DNA of 64,000 nucleotides from Candidatus Tayloriibacteriota bacterium (GCA_016215455.1 JACRJP010000002.1:151622-215621), one strand, 5' to 3'. Counted from the first letter of the stretch, positions 28,057-38,213 are shown. Notes: generated by a model from the letters alone, not told the origin. Made by a program: numbers and translations.

Positions 28057-28188
28057 ATGTGGTATTACATAATAGCTGCTGTAGTTGTTGTTGCTCTTGT
28101 TGTTTTCTTTGTCTCAAAAAAGAAGTCTAGTGGAGACAAGACAGACGGGAATATGCAGAATCCAGGACAGCCAACACAGTCAATGTAA
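28057..28188 (+). CDS. Small ORF (43 aa): single-TM peptide with polar tail
   Basis: ATG..TAA encodes MWYYIIAAVVVVALVVFFVSKKKSSGDKTDGNMQNPGQPTQSM. Below the ORF-track cutoff. Followed by a strong hairpin at 28192-28219. Confidence 0.35.
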   Translation: MWYYIIAAVVVVALVVFFVSKKKSSGDKTDGNMQNPGQPTQSM

Positions 28189-28191
28189 GCA

Positions 28192-28219
28192 AACAACACC
28201 GGCACATGCCGGTGTTGTT
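28192..28219 (+). terminator. Stem-loop (possible terminator) after the small ORF
   Basis: AACAACACCGGC-acat-GCCGGTGTTGTT perfect 12-bp stem. Weak T-tract. Confidence 0.4.
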
Positions 28220-28253
28220 CTATATGGGTCTTCTATGTAATAATGATGCCACT

Positions 28254-28934
28254 ATGACATCACAATCACGATATAAGGTATGGGGAGGAAGTCTTGTTGT
28301 TATTGCTCTCATTGTATGGGCAATGATCGCTTTTGTTCGTTCAGGAGTAGAGAACCAGGTTGTTTCTCAGGGAGAACTTGCTGTACCTGTAACTGAAGCT
28401 GATTGGATAGCTGGGAACGCATCATCAACAGTTACTCTCGTTGAGTACAGTGATTTTCAATGTCCTGCGTGTGCATCGTATCATCCTGTTGTAAAAAAAC
28501 TTCTTGAAGAAAAAGGTGAGAATTTCCGACTTGTGTATCGACATTTTCCACTTATATCTATTCACATGAATGCTGATTTAGCTGCAAAGGCGGCAGAAGC
28601 AGCGGGGAAGCAGGGAAAATTCTGGCAGATGTCTGATAAACTCTTTACAACTCAAGTAGAGTGGTCAACTGATCGTGCGGCTGTAACAAAATTTACCGCA
28701 TATGCAGCTGAACTCGGTCTTGATACAAAGCAGTTTGCGAGTGATCTTGAAGACAGAATCATTAGCAAGAAGATTAATGATGATTATAAGGGTGGACGTG
28801 ATGCAGGCGTTCTAGGAACCCCAACATTTTTCCTAAACGGTAAGCAGATTCAGAATCCACAAAGTTATGAAGCGTTTGCTGCTCTTATTGATGAGGCTAA
28901 CACACTATCAAATGCAACTTCGACCGCTCAATAA
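28254..28934 (+). CDS. DsbA-like thiol:disulfide oxidoreductase (exported)
   Basis: TM/signal, then thioredoxin fold with CPAC active site (FQCPACASYHP). Start uncertain (ATGs at 28224 and 28254). Confidence 0.7.
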   Translation: MTSQSRYKVWGGSLVVIALIVWAMIAFVRSGVENQVVSQGELAVPVTEADWIAGNASSTVTLVEYSDFQCPACASYHPVVKKLLEEKGENFRLVYRHFPLISIHMNADLAAKAAEAAGKQGKFWQMSDKLFTTQVEWSTDRAAVTKFTAYAAELGLDTKQFASDLEDRIISKKINDDYKGGRDAGVLGTPTFFLNGKQIQNPQSYEAFAALIDEANTLSNATSTAQ

Positions 28935-29391
28935 ACCGATACTCATTTCATTTATCGTTGTAAGTCTTCTTGGCTTTTTTGATGCCGTGTATCTTACTAT
29001 CGAGCATTATTTAGGACGAATACCTCCATGTACTGTAGTGTCTGGATGTGAATCTGTTTTGACGAGTTCATACGCAACAATATTGGGTATTCCTGTTGCT
29101 TTGATAGGAACTATTTTCTACTTTACTGTATTCACCCTTGCAATGCTGTATCTTGATACAAAAAAGGATATCCTCATCAAATTAGGTATACTCCTTAGTT
29201 TTTGTGGACTATGTGCATCAATCGGTTTCGTATACCTCCAACTCTTTGTGATCAAAGCTATTTGTCTGTATTGTATGGGCTCAGCAATAACCTCAACACT
29301 TCTATTTGTTTTTTCTGCGTATATTCTTAAAAAATATCGTATATCTGAATCGAGTACACAGACACCTATTTCTTCAGAGGGGTTGAACTAG
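28912..29391 (+). CDS. Vitamin K epoxide reductase (VKOR) family protein, DsbB-analogue
   Basis: Loop cysteines CTVVSGC and active-site CLYC in a 4-5 TM protein. Overlaps the DsbA gene 3' end. Start uncertain. Confidence 0.65.
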   Translation: MQLRPLNKPILISFIVVSLLGFFDAVYLTIEHYLGRIPPCTVVSGCESVLTSSYATILGIPVALIGTIFYFTVFTLAMLYLDTKKDILIKLGILLSFCGLCASIGFVYLQLFVIKAICLYCMGSAITSTLLFVFSAYILKKYRISESSTQTPISSEGLN

Positions 29392-30049
29392 CTGTTGCTG
29401 TTGATTTTGTGCGAGTAAGCTCAGGGAGAATTTTCTCGATGTCTTCAATGCTCTTAAATCCTGTGTATGCTTTTTCATTTGCAACAAGAGCAGGGAATTC
29501 ATGAGGTACTCCATATATTGAAATGAGAGTCTTGATGGCGCTTAGCTCAAGGTCATAATCAAATGAATAGATACGAAGACCTGGATTGTTTTTACGGAGT
29601 TCGGTAAGAACATATCCTTGTTTTGTACAATCATTACAAGTATCTGCTCTGTTAGAATAGAAATATAGAATAACAATAGGGTTGGTGTCACACTTTTGGT
29701 CGACTTTCTTCATGAGCAGGTAATCTTTGATTTGAAGAATAGAATAGTATTTTTTGAGTACCATTACACTTTCACTACTCATTTCTTTTTGTGATTCAGC
29801 ATAGTCAAGCTTTTCTCCAAGGAAATCAAGCTCTTCAGAAAGAGTGCTTCCTTTGAGGTTCTTACAACTTGCTTCCTGTAGAAGTTCGAATTGAGTTTCA
29901 AGAGAGAGAATATCAGTTGAGATCTTGTCTTCAGTATTTTTGATACTCGCAGCCTTCTTATTACTCAAGTGGGTACTTACTGAAAAAGCCGTCGCAAAGA
30001 TAGCGAAGGTGATAAGGAAGACAAAAATGTATTTACGATATGAAGTCAT
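29366..30049 (-). CDS. Membrane-anchored protein with CxxC motif (thioredoxin-like?)
   Basis: N-terminal TM (IFVFLITFAIFATAF), coiled region, then ..YFYSNRADTCNDC... Convergent with the VKOR gene. Confidence 0.35.
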   Translation of the reverse strand: MTSYRKYIFVFLITFAIFATAFSVSTHLSNKKAASIKNTEDKISTDILSLETQFELLQEASCKNLKGSTLSEELDFLGEKLDYAESQKEMSSESVMVLKKYYSILQIKDYLLMKKVDQKCDTNPIVILYFYSNRADTCNDCTKQGYVLTELRKNNPGLRIYSFDYDLELSAIKTLISIYGVPHEFPALVANEKAYTGFKSIEDIEKILPELTRTKSTATASSTPLKK

Positions 30050-30054
30050 AGTTA

Positions 30055-31293
30055 TTAGCGCCACGGAGTCTTTCTTGATAGGGCTGTGTTATACAGAGCC
30101 TTTGAGAACCAGAAAGGAGCTATGACACCGTAGACAACGAGGAAATATAGCATGTCGCGTGAAGGTTTCATAGTTCCTTCTGCAAAGTACTTACCGATAC
30201 AGATAATGGCGATTGTAATGGTGATAATGAGCATACCGATAAATGATGACGTTGCTGTATCCAAAAAGAACCAGTCAAAAATGTGGCGAGGGAGAATATT
30301 GAAATCGAAACCAACCACGCTCATTTTTTCGATAGAGTTATAGATTCTTTCTCCGAAACGAATCAAGAATGAAATGATAAAATACAAACTTCCGAGAATT
30401 GAAAGAGTGGCAAAGGGAAGGGTAAAGGTTGCCATATGACCAATCTTTTTATTAAAAAATAGATGTCGGTAATCAATGGCGTTTTTCATAAAGCCCGCAA
30501 TCCAGCGCACTCGTTGTGTATGGAGTCGTTTGATTGTTGGAGGAGTTACTGTGTATACGTACGCTTTGTGACAATTTTCTATAGTATATCCATATGATTG
30601 AATACGAAGAGCAATTTCCATATCTTCAGTATTGTGAGCTTTCTTGAAGAGACCAATAGTACTAAAGATTTCTCGACGAAATACTGAAAAAGGTCCTGGA
30701 GTAACGTGAATAGCATTGAGTCGTCCAAAAATACGTTTTGTGAATATACCAATGTTGTACTCTGTTCTTTGTACGGTTTGAATAAGATTCTCTGGATTCT
30801 GTACACGAATTGCTGGTGTGACTGCGGCTACCTTAGGATCTGCGAATAGTGGAAGCATAATCTTAAGGGCATTCGGTGCAACCTCTGAGTCTGCATCGAG
30901 GCAGGCAACAAAATCTGCTGTCGTTGAAGTAATTCCAAGGTTTACAGCTGTGTGCTTACCTCCATTCTTTTGATGTATAAATTTGACCTCTGGATATGTA
31001 CGAACTAATTCCTGCGCTACCGCATAGGTGTTATCAGTACTTCCATCGTCAATAATGAGAATTTCAAGCTTTTCTTTTGGATAATCGAGAGCACGAAGGG
31101 AGAGAACAGTTTTTGTAAGTGTTTTCTCTTCATTAAAACAAGGTACAGTAATTGCAACTCGAGGGTAGGCGAGACCTTTTGGAAGTTCAGGGTATTTTTC
31201 CTCCTCTTTTTCAAAAAACGTTACCAGAAGAAAGATTTGAAAATAGAGACCTACAAAGAGAAAGAAATATGTGGGCACATCTGAATAGTTCAT
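30055..31293 (-). CDS. Family-2 glycosyltransferase, processive (PgaC/NodC/HasA-like), integral membrane
   Basis: VPCFNEE, IIDDGSTDNT (DxD), DADSEV and QRVRWIAG (QxxRW) motifs, plus N- and C-terminal TM helices. 412 aa. Confidence 0.7.
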   Translation of the reverse strand: MNYSDVPTYFFLFVGLYFQIFLLVTFFEKEEEKYPELPKGLAYPRVAITVPCFNEEKTLTKTVLSLRALDYPKEKLEILIIDDGSTDNTYAVAQELVRTYPEVKFIHQKNGGKHTAVNLGITSTTADFVACLDADSEVAPNALKIMLPLFADPKVAAVTPAIRVQNPENLIQTVQRTEYNIGIFTKRIFGRLNAIHVTPGPFSVFRREIFSTIGLFKKAHNTEDMEIALRIQSYGYTIENCHKAYVYTVTPPTIKRLHTQRVRWIAGFMKNAIDYRHLFFNKKIGHMATFTLPFATLSILGSLYFIISFLIRFGERIYNSIEKMSVVGFDFNILPRHIFDWFFLDTATSSFIGMLIITITIAIICIGKYFAEGTMKPSRDMLYFLVVYGVIAPFWFSKALYNTALSRKTPWR

Positions 31294-31352
31294 AGGGCGT
31301 ATAAAAGACTATATCGCATTGACTGGCCTTCCGCAACCATTATACTTAGCGT

Positions 31353-32936
31353 ATGAAGAAAATCGTTACACATTCAATTGGATTCCTAAAGGCGTATAAG
31401 TTGTACTCAATTATTGGAATCGTAGTTATTTTTATTAGCATCTGGGTCATAGGAGGAAGTGGTACTGGATCAACACTTGAAACTGCTGTTGTTGGACGTT
31501 CTGATATTAGCGAAGTCGTGAGTGTAACAGGTAAGGTGACTCCGGTAAAGAAAGTAAATCTTGGTTTTGAAAAGGGAGGTCTTGTTGCGGCGGTTAATGT
31601 TAAGGTTGGAGATCGTGTTGTAGTTGGACAGCGTCTCGGTTCTCTTGATATTGGAGAGACACTCGCGAATCTTCGTGGTGCAGAAGCAAATCTTCTTTCA
31701 GAGCAAGCAAAACTTGATGAATTAACAAAGGGTACACGTCCTGAAGAGCTTGCTGTGTCAAAGACTAAAGCTACGAATGCTCAAAATTCATATAATGACG
31801 CATTACAAAGTCTCGCTGTTGCACTTCGAGATGCCTATATCCGAGTGGATAATGCTGGTCGTAATAAGACAGACGTCTTCTTCCGCTATCCTGAGAGTAC
31901 TAACCCTACCATTATTATCCATACAGAAAATAGTACTATTGAAAGAGAGATTAATAGTCAACGACAGCGTTTCAATGAAATGCTTGCGGCATGGAAGCAA
32001 CAGTTGAGTACAATTAATACAGCAACATCTACTACTGATTTTGCTCCGTATATTAGTCGAGCTCAATCAAATATTCTTCAAGCAAAGATTTATTTCGACA
32101 GTCTTTCGAGTATTGTGAACACACTCAATGTATACAACTCCGGCCTTTCACAGTCTGCTATCGATACATATCGTGTATATGTCACAGAAGGACAATCAGA
32201 GATTGTTACTGGTGCGACAAATTTGAATACAGCAATTTCAACCATGACAACAACTCGGTCAACTCTTTTGGTGTCACAAAATGAACTCTCTCTTGCAGAA
32301 TCAGGCTCAACTCCAGAGGTGGTTAAGGCTCAACAAGGGAAAGTTGCACAAGCTGAGGCAAATGTTTTGAGTAATCAATCAATTCTTTCAAAATCTATTA
32401 TCACGTCTCCTATAGCTGGTGTCGTGAGTAAGGCTGACGTTGAGGTAGGTGAGATACTTACAGCTGGTGAAATTATTTTCAGTGTCATCACTGATGATGC
32501 ATATGAAATTGAGATCCAAGTACCTGAAGCCGATATTGCAAAGATACAAGTAGATAATACTGCGAAGATTACCCTTGATGCATATGGTAGTGATGCAGTA
32601 TTTGCGGGTAAGGTTATCAAAATTGATCCAGCAGAAACGATTGTTGAAGGAGTACCGACATACACTGTAACACTTCAATTTAACGAAAAGGATACTCGTA
32701 TTCGATCAGGTATGACTGCAAATATTGATATTGTCACTGCTGAGAAAAAAGAAGTACTTTCAGTACCAACTCGAGCAATCATCGACCGAGGAAGAGAAAA
32801 AATCGTTCGTGTTGCACAAGACGGTTCGTATATTGAAGTGAAAGTTAAGACTGGTCTCAAGGGATCAAATGGAATGACTGAAATTCTTGAAGATGGACTT
32901 CTTGAAGGGCAGTTGGTAGTTACATTTGTGAAATAG
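31353..32936 (+). CDS. HlyD-family membrane-fusion / periplasmic adaptor protein
   Basis: N-terminal TM. Long coiled-coil middle. C-terminal beta-barrel/lipoyl-like segments (VVSKADVEVGE..). 527 aa. Divergent from the GT2 gene. Confidence 0.6.
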   Translation: MKKIVTHSIGFLKAYKLYSIIGIVVIFISIWVIGGSGTGSTLETAVVGRSDISEVVSVTGKVTPVKKVNLGFEKGGLVAAVNVKVGDRVVVGQRLGSLDIGETLANLRGAEANLLSEQAKLDELTKGTRPEELAVSKTKATNAQNSYNDALQSLAVALRDAYIRVDNAGRNKTDVFFRYPESTNPTIIIHTENSTIEREINSQRQRFNEMLAAWKQQLSTINTATSTTDFAPYISRAQSNILQAKIYFDSLSSIVNTLNVYNSGLSQSAIDTYRVYVTEGQSEIVTGATNLNTAISTMTTTRSTLLVSQNELSLAESGSTPEVVKAQQGKVAQAEANVLSNQSILSKSIITSPIAGVVSKADVEVGEILTAGEIIFSVITDDAYEIEIQVPEADIAKIQVDNTAKITLDAYGSDAVFAGKVIKIDPAETIVEGVPTYTVTLQFNEKDTRIRSGMTANIDIVTAEKKEVLSVPTRAIIDRGREKIVRVAQDGSYIEVKVKTGLKGSNGMTEILEDGLLEGQLVVTFVK

Positions 32937-32961
32937 CTAAAAATCCGTATACTTGACAGGT

Positions 32962-33864
32962 ATGAATAAATCTACTGATACTGTGTCGGTTTTGAGCACT
33001 GGTGCAAGTGCTGATTATGAACTTCTCGACTCGGGAGATGGTGAGAAACTTGAACGTTTTGGTAAGGTTGTCTTGTCTCGACCCGATCCTCAGGCATTGT
33101 GGCCAAAAATTCTCACAAAAGAAGAGTGGAGTAAAAGAAATGCTTTTTTTGCTCGAGAAAAAACTCGTGCTGGTTGGACTATTGTTGATGGAACCCTTGA
33201 TCGTTGGGCGATAGATTTTGGGGGACTTAAAATGTGGATTAAGCCAACAGCCTTTAAACATACTGGTCTTTTTCCTGAACAAGCAGTGAACTGGGATTGG
33301 ATCCGAGAGACAATCGGAGCAGCTAAGAAGGCTGATCCTGCACGTGAGATTGAAGTACTTAATATTTTTGGATATACCGGTGGAGCATCTCTAGCTGCAG
33401 CACAAGCAGGAGCGAAAGTTGTTCATGTTGATGGATCAAAAGCAGCTATTACATGGGCGCGTGATAATGCAGAAATTTCTGGACTTAAAGATGCACCGAT
33501 TCGTTGGATCTTGGAAGATGCTCGAGCATTTGTTGAGCGAGAGGTAAAACGAGGAAGAAAATATGATGCTATTATCATGGACCCACCCGCATTCGGTCAT
33601 GGTCCGAAGAAGGAGCTCTGGAAGATTGAAGAGCATTTTATGCAGCTTCTCTCATTGTGTGAAAAGCTTTTGGATCATAATCCACTTTTTATCCTCATCA
33701 ATGGTTACTCTGCTGGATATTCATCAATCGCATATGAAAATAACCTTCTTCCGTATGTACAAAAATTTGGTGGAGAGATAGAAAAGGGTGAACTTACTCT
33801 CAAGGAATCAAATTCAGGACGATTACTTCCATGTGGTATTTTTGCTCGTTGGAGAAAGATATAA
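32962..33864 (+). CDS. Class I SAM-dependent RNA methyltransferase (RlmI/RlmK-like)
   Basis: LNIFGYTGGASLAAAQAGA (motif I) and DAIIMDPPAFG (motif IV, DPP). First ATG at 32962; ORF-track start is a TTG at 32953. Confidence 0.65.
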   Translation: MNKSTDTVSVLSTGASADYELLDSGDGEKLERFGKVVLSRPDPQALWPKILTKEEWSKRNAFFAREKTRAGWTIVDGTLDRWAIDFGGLKMWIKPTAFKHTGLFPEQAVNWDWIRETIGAAKKADPAREIEVLNIFGYTGGASLAAAQAGAKVVHVDGSKAAITWARDNAEISGLKDAPIRWILEDARAFVEREVKRGRKYDAIIMDPPAFGHGPKKELWKIEEHFMQLLSLCEKLLDHNPLFILINGYSAGYSSIAYENNLLPYVQKFGGEIEKGELTLKESNSGRLLPCGIFARWRKI

Positions 33865-33874
33865 CAGTATCGCA

Positions 33875-34537
33875 ATGTCAGTTAAAATCCTTTACGAAGA
33901 TAATCATCTCATTGCTGCGTATAAACCTGCGGGAACTTTAGTGCAAGGTGATGTAAGTGGAGATGTCCCGCTTCTTGAAGAAGTGCGTCAGTATATTTTG
34001 GAGAAATATAACAAACAAGGGAATGTGTTCCTAGGTCTCATCCATCGGCTTGATCGAAATGTTGCTGGAATTGTTTTGTTTGGTAAAACAACCAAAGGAG
34101 CATCGCGTCTCTCAGAACAGTTTCGACAGCATACTGTCGAAAAGATATATCACGCTTGGGTTGAAGGAATAATTGAACAGTCGAAGGGTCCTCAAACTCT
34201 AGTTAATTATCTTTCTCGAAATGAAAAGAATAATACGGTACAAGTATTTGATACACCACAAGAAGGTGCTGATCGAGCTGAACTTGCATATGAAGTAATT
34301 GAAACCTCTAAAGAATTCAATAAGACTCTTGTTAAGATTACTTTAAAAACAGGTCGACATCATCAGATTCGAGCTCAGTTTTCACATTTGGGCTATCCAA
34401 TTCTTGGAGATACTAAATACGGAGCTGTTTCAAAATTTATCGATATGCATATTGCTCTCTACGCAACACAACTCTCATTTACTACAGCAACAGGAGGAGA
34501 ACGAAAAACGATTTCCATCGATATTCCAAAAGATTAA
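33875..34537 (+). CDS. RluA-family pseudouridine synthase
   Basis: HRLDRNVAGIVLFGKT catalytic motif. Start at the internal ATG (MSVKILYEDNH). Confidence 0.7.
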   Translation: MSVKILYEDNHLIAAYKPAGTLVQGDVSGDVPLLEEVRQYILEKYNKQGNVFLGLIHRLDRNVAGIVLFGKTTKGASRLSEQFRQHTVEKIYHAWVEGIIEQSKGPQTLVNYLSRNEKNNTVQVFDTPQEGADRAELAYEVIETSKEFNKTLVKITLKTGRHHQIRAQFSHLGYPILGDTKYGAVSKFIDMHIALYATQLSFTTATGGERKTISIDIPKD

Positions 34538-34575
34538 TTGTTGGTGATATAATTCAAGCATCATAATACAGTGGT

Positions 34576-35928
34576 ATGAAATTCCAATCTACGAGAGGGG
34601 ACATAGCAGAAACATTTCTTGAGGCTTTCAATAAGGGTCTTGCGGGCGATGGAGGACTCTATATTCCCACAGAACTTCCAAATCTCACTGACCGGTTTGA
34701 TTCATTGGCAAAACTTTCGTACCCAGAGCTTGTCGCTGAATTCATGTCGTATTTTGATAATGAAATTTCAAAAGAAGATTGGAAGAAATTAGCAGCAAAA
34801 TCATACGAAGCATTTGCTTCAAAAGATGTTGTGTCACTTGTCGAACTAACAAAAGATCTTCATGTCCTTGAACTGTTTCATGGTCCGACACTAGCATTTA
34901 AAGATTTTGCTCTACAGATAGTGGGTAACTTGTATGAATATGAAGTACGAGTTCATGGAAAACGATACACTATTGTTGGTGCTACATCAGGTGATACTGG
35001 TTCTGCGGCGATACATTCAGTACTCAACAAAGAGAATATTGATATTTTTATTATGTACCCTAAGGGGAAAATTGCTCCTCTCCAAGAGTTGCAAATCACT
35101 ACCACTGTTGCTCATAATGTTTTTCCTATCTCTATTGAGGGTACATTTGATGATGCTCAAGCGATTGTTAAGAAACTGTTTGCTGATACTGAATTTAGTC
35201 AGCATATCAATCTTGCAGCTGTGAATTCTATTAACATTGCGCGAATTCTGGCACAGTCAGCCTACTATCTCTATGCCTTTTTAAAATTACGTTCGACAAC
35301 AAAATTGCCAATTAAGTTTGTTGTACCTACAGGTAATTTTGGGAATATTTTATCAGGCTGGCTTCTTACGAAGATGGGAATGGACGCTTCATTTGTTGCT
35401 GCAACAAATGAAAATGATGTGCTCCATAAGTTATTTACAACAGGAATGTATCAAAAGCAGTCGGCACAATCGACGCATGCTCCTTCAATGGATATTCAGC
35501 AAGCTTCAAATTTTGAACGTCTCATCTATTACATGTTCGAAGGGGACACAGAACGAGTAGTCCGTACAATGAAAGAATTTAATGAAAAGGGAAATGTAGC
35601 ATTTGATACGAATTTGTTTCCAAAGAATATTACGACTGCGACAACATCTAATGAGAATATTATAGAAGTTATTAAGAGCTTCTTTACTCAATATAACTAT
35701 ATTCTTGACCCACACACGGCATGTGCGGCTCCACATATAACACCTGGATATTGTAATGTTATTTTAGCCACTGCTTCACCAGCAAAGTTTCCTGATACTA
35801 TTGAAAATGCTATCAAGGTCCATCCAACAGATCCGCGTCTCGAGAGTGTTAAAGACTTACCGCAGCAGAAAGTTGAACTACCAGCGGATATTGAAAAAGT
35901 GAAGAAATATATTCTTGAAACAATATAG
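34576..35928 (+). CDS. thrC: Threonine synthase
   Basis: PLP-lysine motif FHGPTLAFKDFALQ. 450 aa, long-form ThrC. Confidence 0.8.
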   Translation: MKFQSTRGDIAETFLEAFNKGLAGDGGLYIPTELPNLTDRFDSLAKLSYPELVAEFMSYFDNEISKEDWKKLAAKSYEAFASKDVVSLVELTKDLHVLELFHGPTLAFKDFALQIVGNLYEYEVRVHGKRYTIVGATSGDTGSAAIHSVLNKENIDIFIMYPKGKIAPLQELQITTTVAHNVFPISIEGTFDDAQAIVKKLFADTEFSQHINLAAVNSINIARILAQSAYYLYAFLKLRSTTKLPIKFVVPTGNFGNILSGWLLTKMGMDASFVAATNENDVLHKLFTTGMYQKQSAQSTHAPSMDIQQASNFERLIYYMFEGDTERVVRTMKEFNEKGNVAFDTNLFPKNITTATTSNENIIEVIKSFFTQYNYILDPHTACAAPHITPGYCNVILATASPAKFPDTIENAIKVHPTDPRLESVKDLPQQKVELPADIEKVKKYILETI

Positions 35929-35932
35929 TCAT

Positions 35933-36436
35933 ATGAAATGGATAGCTATTAGTGGAACTTGGCAGAAGGTTAATCAAGATGTTGAGAGTGATGTTCGACG
36001 TGAAGTGAAAAATATTATCGCAAAAGGAGACGGAATCGTTATTGGCGGAGCTCTTGGAGTTGATCTTTTTGCTTTGAATGAAGCTTTATTAAACAATGCT
36101 GGGCTTCGTATAAAGGTGTGTTTACCGGTGAGACTTCCGAGATATGCAGAACATTATCGAATGCGTGCCAAAGAAGGAGTTATAACTTTAGAACAAGCTG
36201 AGTATCTTATCGAGCAACTTGAAAAATTGTATAAATTAAATCCTATAGCCTTTATTGAAAACTCTACAAATACTGAAATAAATAAGGATACGTATTTTGA
36301 GCGTAATACAAAAATAGCTGAACTTTCAGACGAGTTGCTCGCATTCCAAGTAAATAAAAGTGAAGGAACTCAAGATACTATTGATAAAGCTCGAGGCAGG
36401 GGTAAACCTGTAAAAGTTTTTGAGTATACGATGTAG
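35933..36436 (+). CDS. Rossmann-fold DprA/LOG-like (SLOG) small protein
   Basis: GDGIVIGGALGVDLFALNEAL resembles the DprA/Smf and LOG nucleotide-binding glycine-rich motif. About 167 aa. Confidence 0.35.
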   Translation: MKWIAISGTWQKVNQDVESDVRREVKNIIAKGDGIVIGGALGVDLFALNEALLNNAGLRIKVCLPVRLPRYAEHYRMRAKEGVITLEQAEYLIEQLEKLYKLNPIAFIENSTNTEINKDTYFERNTKIAELSDELLAFQVNKSEGTQDTIDKARGRGKPVKVFEYTM

Positions 36437-36453
36437 TGTGGTAATGTATTTCC

Positions 36454-37317
36454 ATGTCTAGTATTCTCGATTGCCGTCCTCTACGGAAGAAAATTGAAGC
36501 AGAACTTATAGCGACAATTAGTCGTATTACTCACGAGTATAAAGAAAATCTTACAACTGTGATTATTCAAGTAGGGAATCGAGCTGATTCAACTGCTTTT
36601 ATTATCGCCAAGAAAAAATTAGCAGAAAAGCTTGGGGTTGCTATACGACATATTAAGTTTCCTGAGGTTGTGTCTGAAAAAGAACTTTTGGAAGCGGTTC
36701 AGGCTGTTGCGGCTGACTCTCACGTGCACGGTATTATTGTTCAGTTACCGCTCCCGTCTCATATTGATAAAGATCGTATTATTAATGCTATTCCTGCCCA
36801 TAAAGATATTGATGGCCTGACAGCAATTAATATTCAACGTACATGGGAGGCTCGTACCTCAGCTATCGTACCTGCTACAACTCGAGGTATTTTGACCTTA
36901 TGTCGAGAGTTCGGTATTGTTCTCGAGGGTAAGCATGTTGTTATTCTCGGCCGATCAACTCTTGTTGGGAAACCTACAGCTGTTATGTGTACTACTCAAA
37001 ATGCAACGGTTACCGTTTGTCATAGTAAAACTCCTAATCTTTCTGATATTACAAAAACAGCTGATGTTCTTATCGTGGCAATCGGTAAGCCACACTTTAT
37101 TACCAAAGATTATATTCGTGCAGGTCAAACTATAATTGATGTCGGTATTACATTTGTCGATGGTGTTATGAAAGGGGATGTTCATCCTGAGGTAATTGAT
37201 CATCTTGGTAACAATGGAAGTGTTACTCCGGTTCCATTCGGTGTAGGGCAAATGACAGTAGCCTCTCTTTTTCAAAATCTTGTCCAAGGTTTCTTACAAT
37301 CGAAAAATTTGCTATAG
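36454..37317 (+). CDS. folD: Bifunctional methylenetetrahydrofolate dehydrogenase/cyclohydrolase FolD
   Basis: ILDCRPLRKKIEAEL.., VQLPLPSHID and GRSTLVGKP motifs. 287 aa. Confidence 0.85.
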   Translation: MSSILDCRPLRKKIEAELIATISRITHEYKENLTTVIIQVGNRADSTAFIIAKKKLAEKLGVAIRHIKFPEVVSEKELLEAVQAVAADSHVHGIIVQLPLPSHIDKDRIINAIPAHKDIDGLTAINIQRTWEARTSAIVPATTRGILTLCREFGIVLEGKHVVILGRSTLVGKPTAVMCTTQNATVTVCHSKTPNLSDITKTADVLIVAIGKPHFITKDYIRAGQTIIDVGITFVDGVMKGDVHPEVIDHLGNNGSVTPVPFGVGQMTVASLFQNLVQGFLQSKNLL

Positions 37318-37363
37318 TAACGTCCTAGTAGATTATTAGTGATTATTAACTATATTTCTCAAT

Positions 37364-38158
37364 ATGAATTCAGAATTTGATGTAAAGGTGTGTGCATGGA
37401 AGACAGCTATTGCTGTAGGTGCTCTTCTCGCACTCTTTCTTCTTGTGCTTACTATTAAGGAAATTAAGTCTATTGCATATGTAGGACGTGATATTCCAAC
37501 GCAGAGTACTATCACCGTCTCAGGTCATGGTGAAGAAATTGCTATCCCTGACATTGCAACATTTTCATTCAGTGTTATCGAACAAGCAAAGACACTTGAA
37601 GCTGCTCGTGAATTAGCTACAACAAAGATCAACAAGGCTGTTGAAGTTCTCGATCAAAACAAGATTGCTAAGAATGACATGAAGACAACATCATACAATG
37701 TATATCCAAAGTATGATTATGAACCAACTGTTTGTACAACAACATTCTGTCGAGGACGAAAGCAGGTTCTTCTCGGATACGAAATCAATCAAACACTTGA
37801 AGTTAAGGTTCGTGATGTTACAAAGGTAGGGGAAGTATTTGTTGCTATCGGCGCTGTTGGAGTTTCAAATGTTGGAGGTTTGGAATTCTCAGTTGATAAA
37901 AGAGATGTTCTCGTTGACTCTGCACGTGTAGCTGCTATTGCTGACGCTAAGGTTCGTGCTGAAAAGCTTGCACAAACTCTTGGAGTTAAGCTTGTACGTA
38001 TTGTGAGTTATTCTGATGCTTCAGGTGGATATGCACCGATGTATTATGCAAAGTCAGCTATGATGGATTCTGCGAGTGGTGCAGCGGTACCTCCTCAGGT
38101 TCCAACAGGTGAACAAAAAATCTCATCTGATGTTAACGTTACATACGAAATACGATAA
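37364..38158 (+). CDS. SIMPL-domain (DUF541) exported protein
   Basis: TM/signal, then ITVSGHGEEIAIPDIATFSFSV.. through C-terminal ..KISSDVNVTYEI, as in the SIMPL family. Confidence 0.5.
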   Translation: MNSEFDVKVCAWKTAIAVGALLALFLLVLTIKEIKSIAYVGRDIPTQSTITVSGHGEEIAIPDIATFSFSVIEQAKTLEAARELATTKINKAVEVLDQNKIAKNDMKTTSYNVYPKYDYEPTVCTTTFCRGRKQVLLGYEINQTLEVKVRDVTKVGEVFVAIGAVGVSNVGGLEFSVDKRDVLVDSARVAAIADAKVRAEKLAQTLGVKLVRIVSYSDASGGYAPMYYAKSAMMDSASGAAVPPQVPTGEQKISSDVNVTYEIR

Positions 38159-38170
38159 CAAAAGGGTATA

Positions 38171-38199
38171 TTGACGAATTCTGCATAAAGCAGTATACT
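38171..38199 (+). promoter_or_regulatory. Sigma70-like promoter candidate upstream of secE-nusG
   Basis: TTGACG, 17 nt spacer, then TATACT. Confidence 0.35.
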
Positions 38200-38213
38200 T
38201 GTATCAATGCTAA

